Shown: piece after piece, positions 62,291 to 64,000 of the stretch
Numbering within the stretch: the first letter of the stretch is position 1
Layout of the letters: each line of letters opens with the position of its first letter
Origin: Candidatus Bilamarchaeum sp.
GTDB lineage: Archaea > Micrarchaeota > Micrarchaeia > Anstonellales > Bilamarchaeaceae
Length of the DNA: 64,000 nt
Direction of reading: 5' to 3'
Assembly: GCA_035455205.1 (NCBI GenBank)
Contig: DATIFM010000036.1
Coordinates: 12,152 to 76,151 of the forward strand
Translations under genes and position numbers: made by a program
Notes under the pieces: model-generated
The model's input: only the letters and a program-made list of their open reading frames with translations
What the model was told of the DNA's origin: nothing
The model's database searches: none

Positions 62291-63928
62291 ATGCCAGAAA
62301 AAACCAAGTTCATTGTGATTGCTGGCTCGATAATGTCGGGCCTCGGGAAAGGAATAGTGACTTCTTCTATCGCGAAGCTCCTGCAGGCGAGGGGCTACAA
62401 GGTCGTGCCGATAAAATTCGACGGCTACCTTAATGTCGACTGCGGGACGATGAACCCGTTCAGGCACGGCGAGGTCTTCGTGCTCGACGACGGGACGGAA
62501 GTGGACATGGACTTCGGGACCTACGAGCGTTTCCTCAACAAGTCATTGCCGGGCGCGAGCTCGATAACGGGCGGGAAGCTTTTCCAGCGGATAATCGAGA
62601 AGGAGAGGAAGGGCGAGTACCTCGGGCGGGACGTCCAGTTCGTTCCCCACCTCACCGACGAAATCAAGAACTGGGTGAAAAGCATCGGCAAGGACAACAA
62701 GGCGGACTTCGTCCTGATCGAAGTGGGCGGTACGGTCGGGGACCTCGAGAACAGCTATTTCATTGAAGCGATGAGGCAGCTGCATTTCGAGGAGGACAAC
62801 ATGCTCTTCGTCCAGCTCACTTACGTCCCGAGCCTTTCGCCGGGCGAGCAGAAGACCAAGCCGACCCAGCAGTCCACGAGGATACTCCAGAGCCTCGGCA
62901 TACAGCCCCACATAATCCTCGTGCGCGAGAACGAGAAGCTATCCGAGGACGCGAAGAAGAAGATAAGCCTTTACTGCAACGTTCCCGAGGAGGCGGTGTT
63001 CGACGACCCGCTCCTTTCCACGGTTTACGAGCTTCCCCTCGTGCTGGAGAAGCAGGGGATATACGCGCAGATAGCCAAGAGGATGGAGCTCCCCGCCAGG
63101 GAAGGCGACCTGAAGGAGTGGCACAAGCGGGTCGGCCACATAATCAGCCCCAAGGGCAGGCCGCTCAAGATAGCGATTGTCGGCAAATACACTGCGGTGA
63201 AGGACGCGTACATCAGCGTGAAGGAGGCGCTCGTCCACAGCGCGGCCGCGATAAACCACGGCCTCGAAGTGTCGTGGATAGAGGCGAGCGACCTCGAGAA
63301 GGTCTTCGACGTCGCCGAAACACTCTCGGGCTATGACGGGATACTCGTGCCGGGGGGGTTCGGGGAGCGCGGAATCGAGGGGAAGATAAAGGCGATAAGG
63401 TACGCGAGGGAGAACAAGGTCCCGTACCTCGGGCTCTGCCTCGGGCTTCAGCTCATGGTGGTCGAGTGGGCAAGGGCCGTGATGGGCCTCAAGGACGCGA
63501 ACTCGACCGAGTTCAACAGGCAGACGCCGCACCCCGTGATAGACATGCTCCCGGAGCAGCACAAGATAAAGAAGATGGGCGCGACGATGCGGCTCGGCGC
63601 GTACGAATGCCAGGTGAAGAAGGGGACTATCGCGCACAGGGCATATGGAAGCGACACCGCGAGCGAGCGGCACAGGCACAGGTACGAAGTGAACCCCAAT
63701 TACGTCGATTTGCTCGAAAAAAGCGGGCTCGTTGTGTCTGGAAAGCACCACACGAACATAGTCGAGATGGTCGAGTGGAAGGAGAGTTTCGGCATCGCCA
63801 CGCAGCCGCACATAGAACTGAAGAGCAGGCTGGAGGCGCCCGCGCCGATTTTCGTGGAGTTCATGAAGGCGGCAAAGGATTACCAGGACAACCCGTCAAA
63901 GTCCGCCGGCGAAGAGATAGCCGATTGA
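62291..63928 (+). CDS. pyrG: CTP synthase
   Basis: KFIVIAGSIMSGLGKGIVTSSIAKLL, GLCLGLQLMVVEWAR (GATase Cys) and HRHRYEVN. Confidence 0.95.
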   Translation: MPEKTKFIVIAGSIMSGLGKGIVTSSIAKLLQARGYKVVPIKFDGYLNVDCGTMNPFRHGEVFVLDDGTEVDMDFGTYERFLNKSLPGASSITGGKLFQRIIEKERKGEYLGRDVQFVPHLTDEIKNWVKSIGKDNKADFVLIEVGGTVGDLENSYFIEAMRQLHFEEDNMLFVQLTYVPSLSPGEQKTKPTQQSTRILQSLGIQPHIILVRENEKLSEDAKKKISLYCNVPEEAVFDDPLLSTVYELPLVLEKQGIYAQIAKRMELPAREGDLKEWHKRVGHIISPKGRPLKIAIVGKYTAVKDAYISVKEALVHSAAAINHGLEVSWIEASDLEKVFDVAETLSGYDGILVPGGFGERGIEGKIKAIRYARENKVPYLGLCLGLQLMVVEWARAVMGLKDANSTEFNRQTPHPVIDMLPEQHKIKKMGATMRLGAYECQVKKGTIAHRAYGSDTASERHRHRYEVNPNYVDLLEKSGLVVSGKHHTNIVEMVEWKESFGIATQPHIELKSRLEAPAPIFVEFMKAAKDYQDNPSKSAGEEIAD

Positions 63929-63935
63929 CCTCGCC

Positions 63936-63955
63936 GCAAGCCCGCCAGGGCTTGC
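63936..63955. terminator. conserved GC hairpin, copy 4 (GCAAGCCC-GCCA-GGGCTTGC) after pyrG
   Basis: Perfect 8-bp stem with a 4-nt loop, beginning 8 nt after the pyrG stop. Confidence 0.45.
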
Positions 63956-64000
63956 TAATCCATCCTCGGCCGGAATGCCGACTCGAATATCAGCCGGGCC

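Noticed and set aside
63955-64000. Partial minus-strand ORF end (...ARLIFESAFRPRMD, stop at 63955-63957) at the right edge.
   Set aside because: Only about 15 codons are visible and they overlap the hairpin. This is too short to support a call.
1-64000. CRISPR arrays, diversity-generating retroelements, transposases or IS elements, prophage genes, and recognised defence systems other than vapBC.
   Set aside because: I found no spaced direct repeats and no reverse transcriptase, integrase or transposase motifs in any of the supplied translations. The only toxin-antitoxin-like module is the vapBC pair at 58531-59125.

Overview
GC-rich, very gene-dense archaeal chromosomal segment with about 80 protein genes and one tRNA. 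I saw no rRNA, CRISPR array, integrase or transposase. Archaeal origin is supported by TBP, RNA polymerase subunit Rpo4/F, proteasome alpha, eL21 and eS26, archaemetzincin, PurP, DtdA, archaeal-type PheS-alpha and FtsZ. Tight packing (many 1-4 nt same-strand overlaps, convergent genes sharing one CTAG) and a multi-intron tRNA would fit a small-genome uncultured lineage such as DPANN, but that is only a guess. Layout: 1-22 kb holds housekeeping genes (purD, eS26, TBP, eL21-RpoF-DUF655, GS-like, PGM/PMM, two SPFH paralogs, pyrH, psmA, htpX-lemA) mixed with accessory genes (S2P-like protease, Ser/Thr kinase, large methyltransferase, AlkD-like). 22.7-39.7 kb is a surface-glycan biosynthesis island (GT2 and GT4 transferases, Wzx-like flippase, Ugd/UXS-like, RfbF/RfbC/RfbD-like, Gmd-like, several SDR epimerases) with an embedded A24 prepilin peptidase. 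39.8-43.7 kb follows with a type-IV-pilus-like ATPase and platform protein plus PAP2 and dolichol-kinase-like genes. 45.7-51.0 kb is a four-gene overlapping operon of unknown envelope proteins wrapped around pheS. 51-64 kb holds purP, SerA-like, nadK, ftsZ, vapBC, purQ and pyrG. Items I consider most worth follow-up: (1) a tRNA-Val(UAC) gene interrupted by two introns, one about 130 nt and highly structured; (2) a sequence-conserved GC hairpin at four gene 3' ends, with a fifth copy inside that intron; (3) a glutamine-synthetase homolog with most catalytic residues replaced; (4) an SDR epimerase whose Rossmann motif lies upstream of any ATG/GTG/TTG, implying a CTG start in a CTGA overlap; (5) the pheS-embedded envelope operon, which includes a protein with about 30 N-glycosylation sequons. 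All protein calls rest on reading the supplied translations against motifs and family knowledge from memory. No database search or RNA folding program was run.
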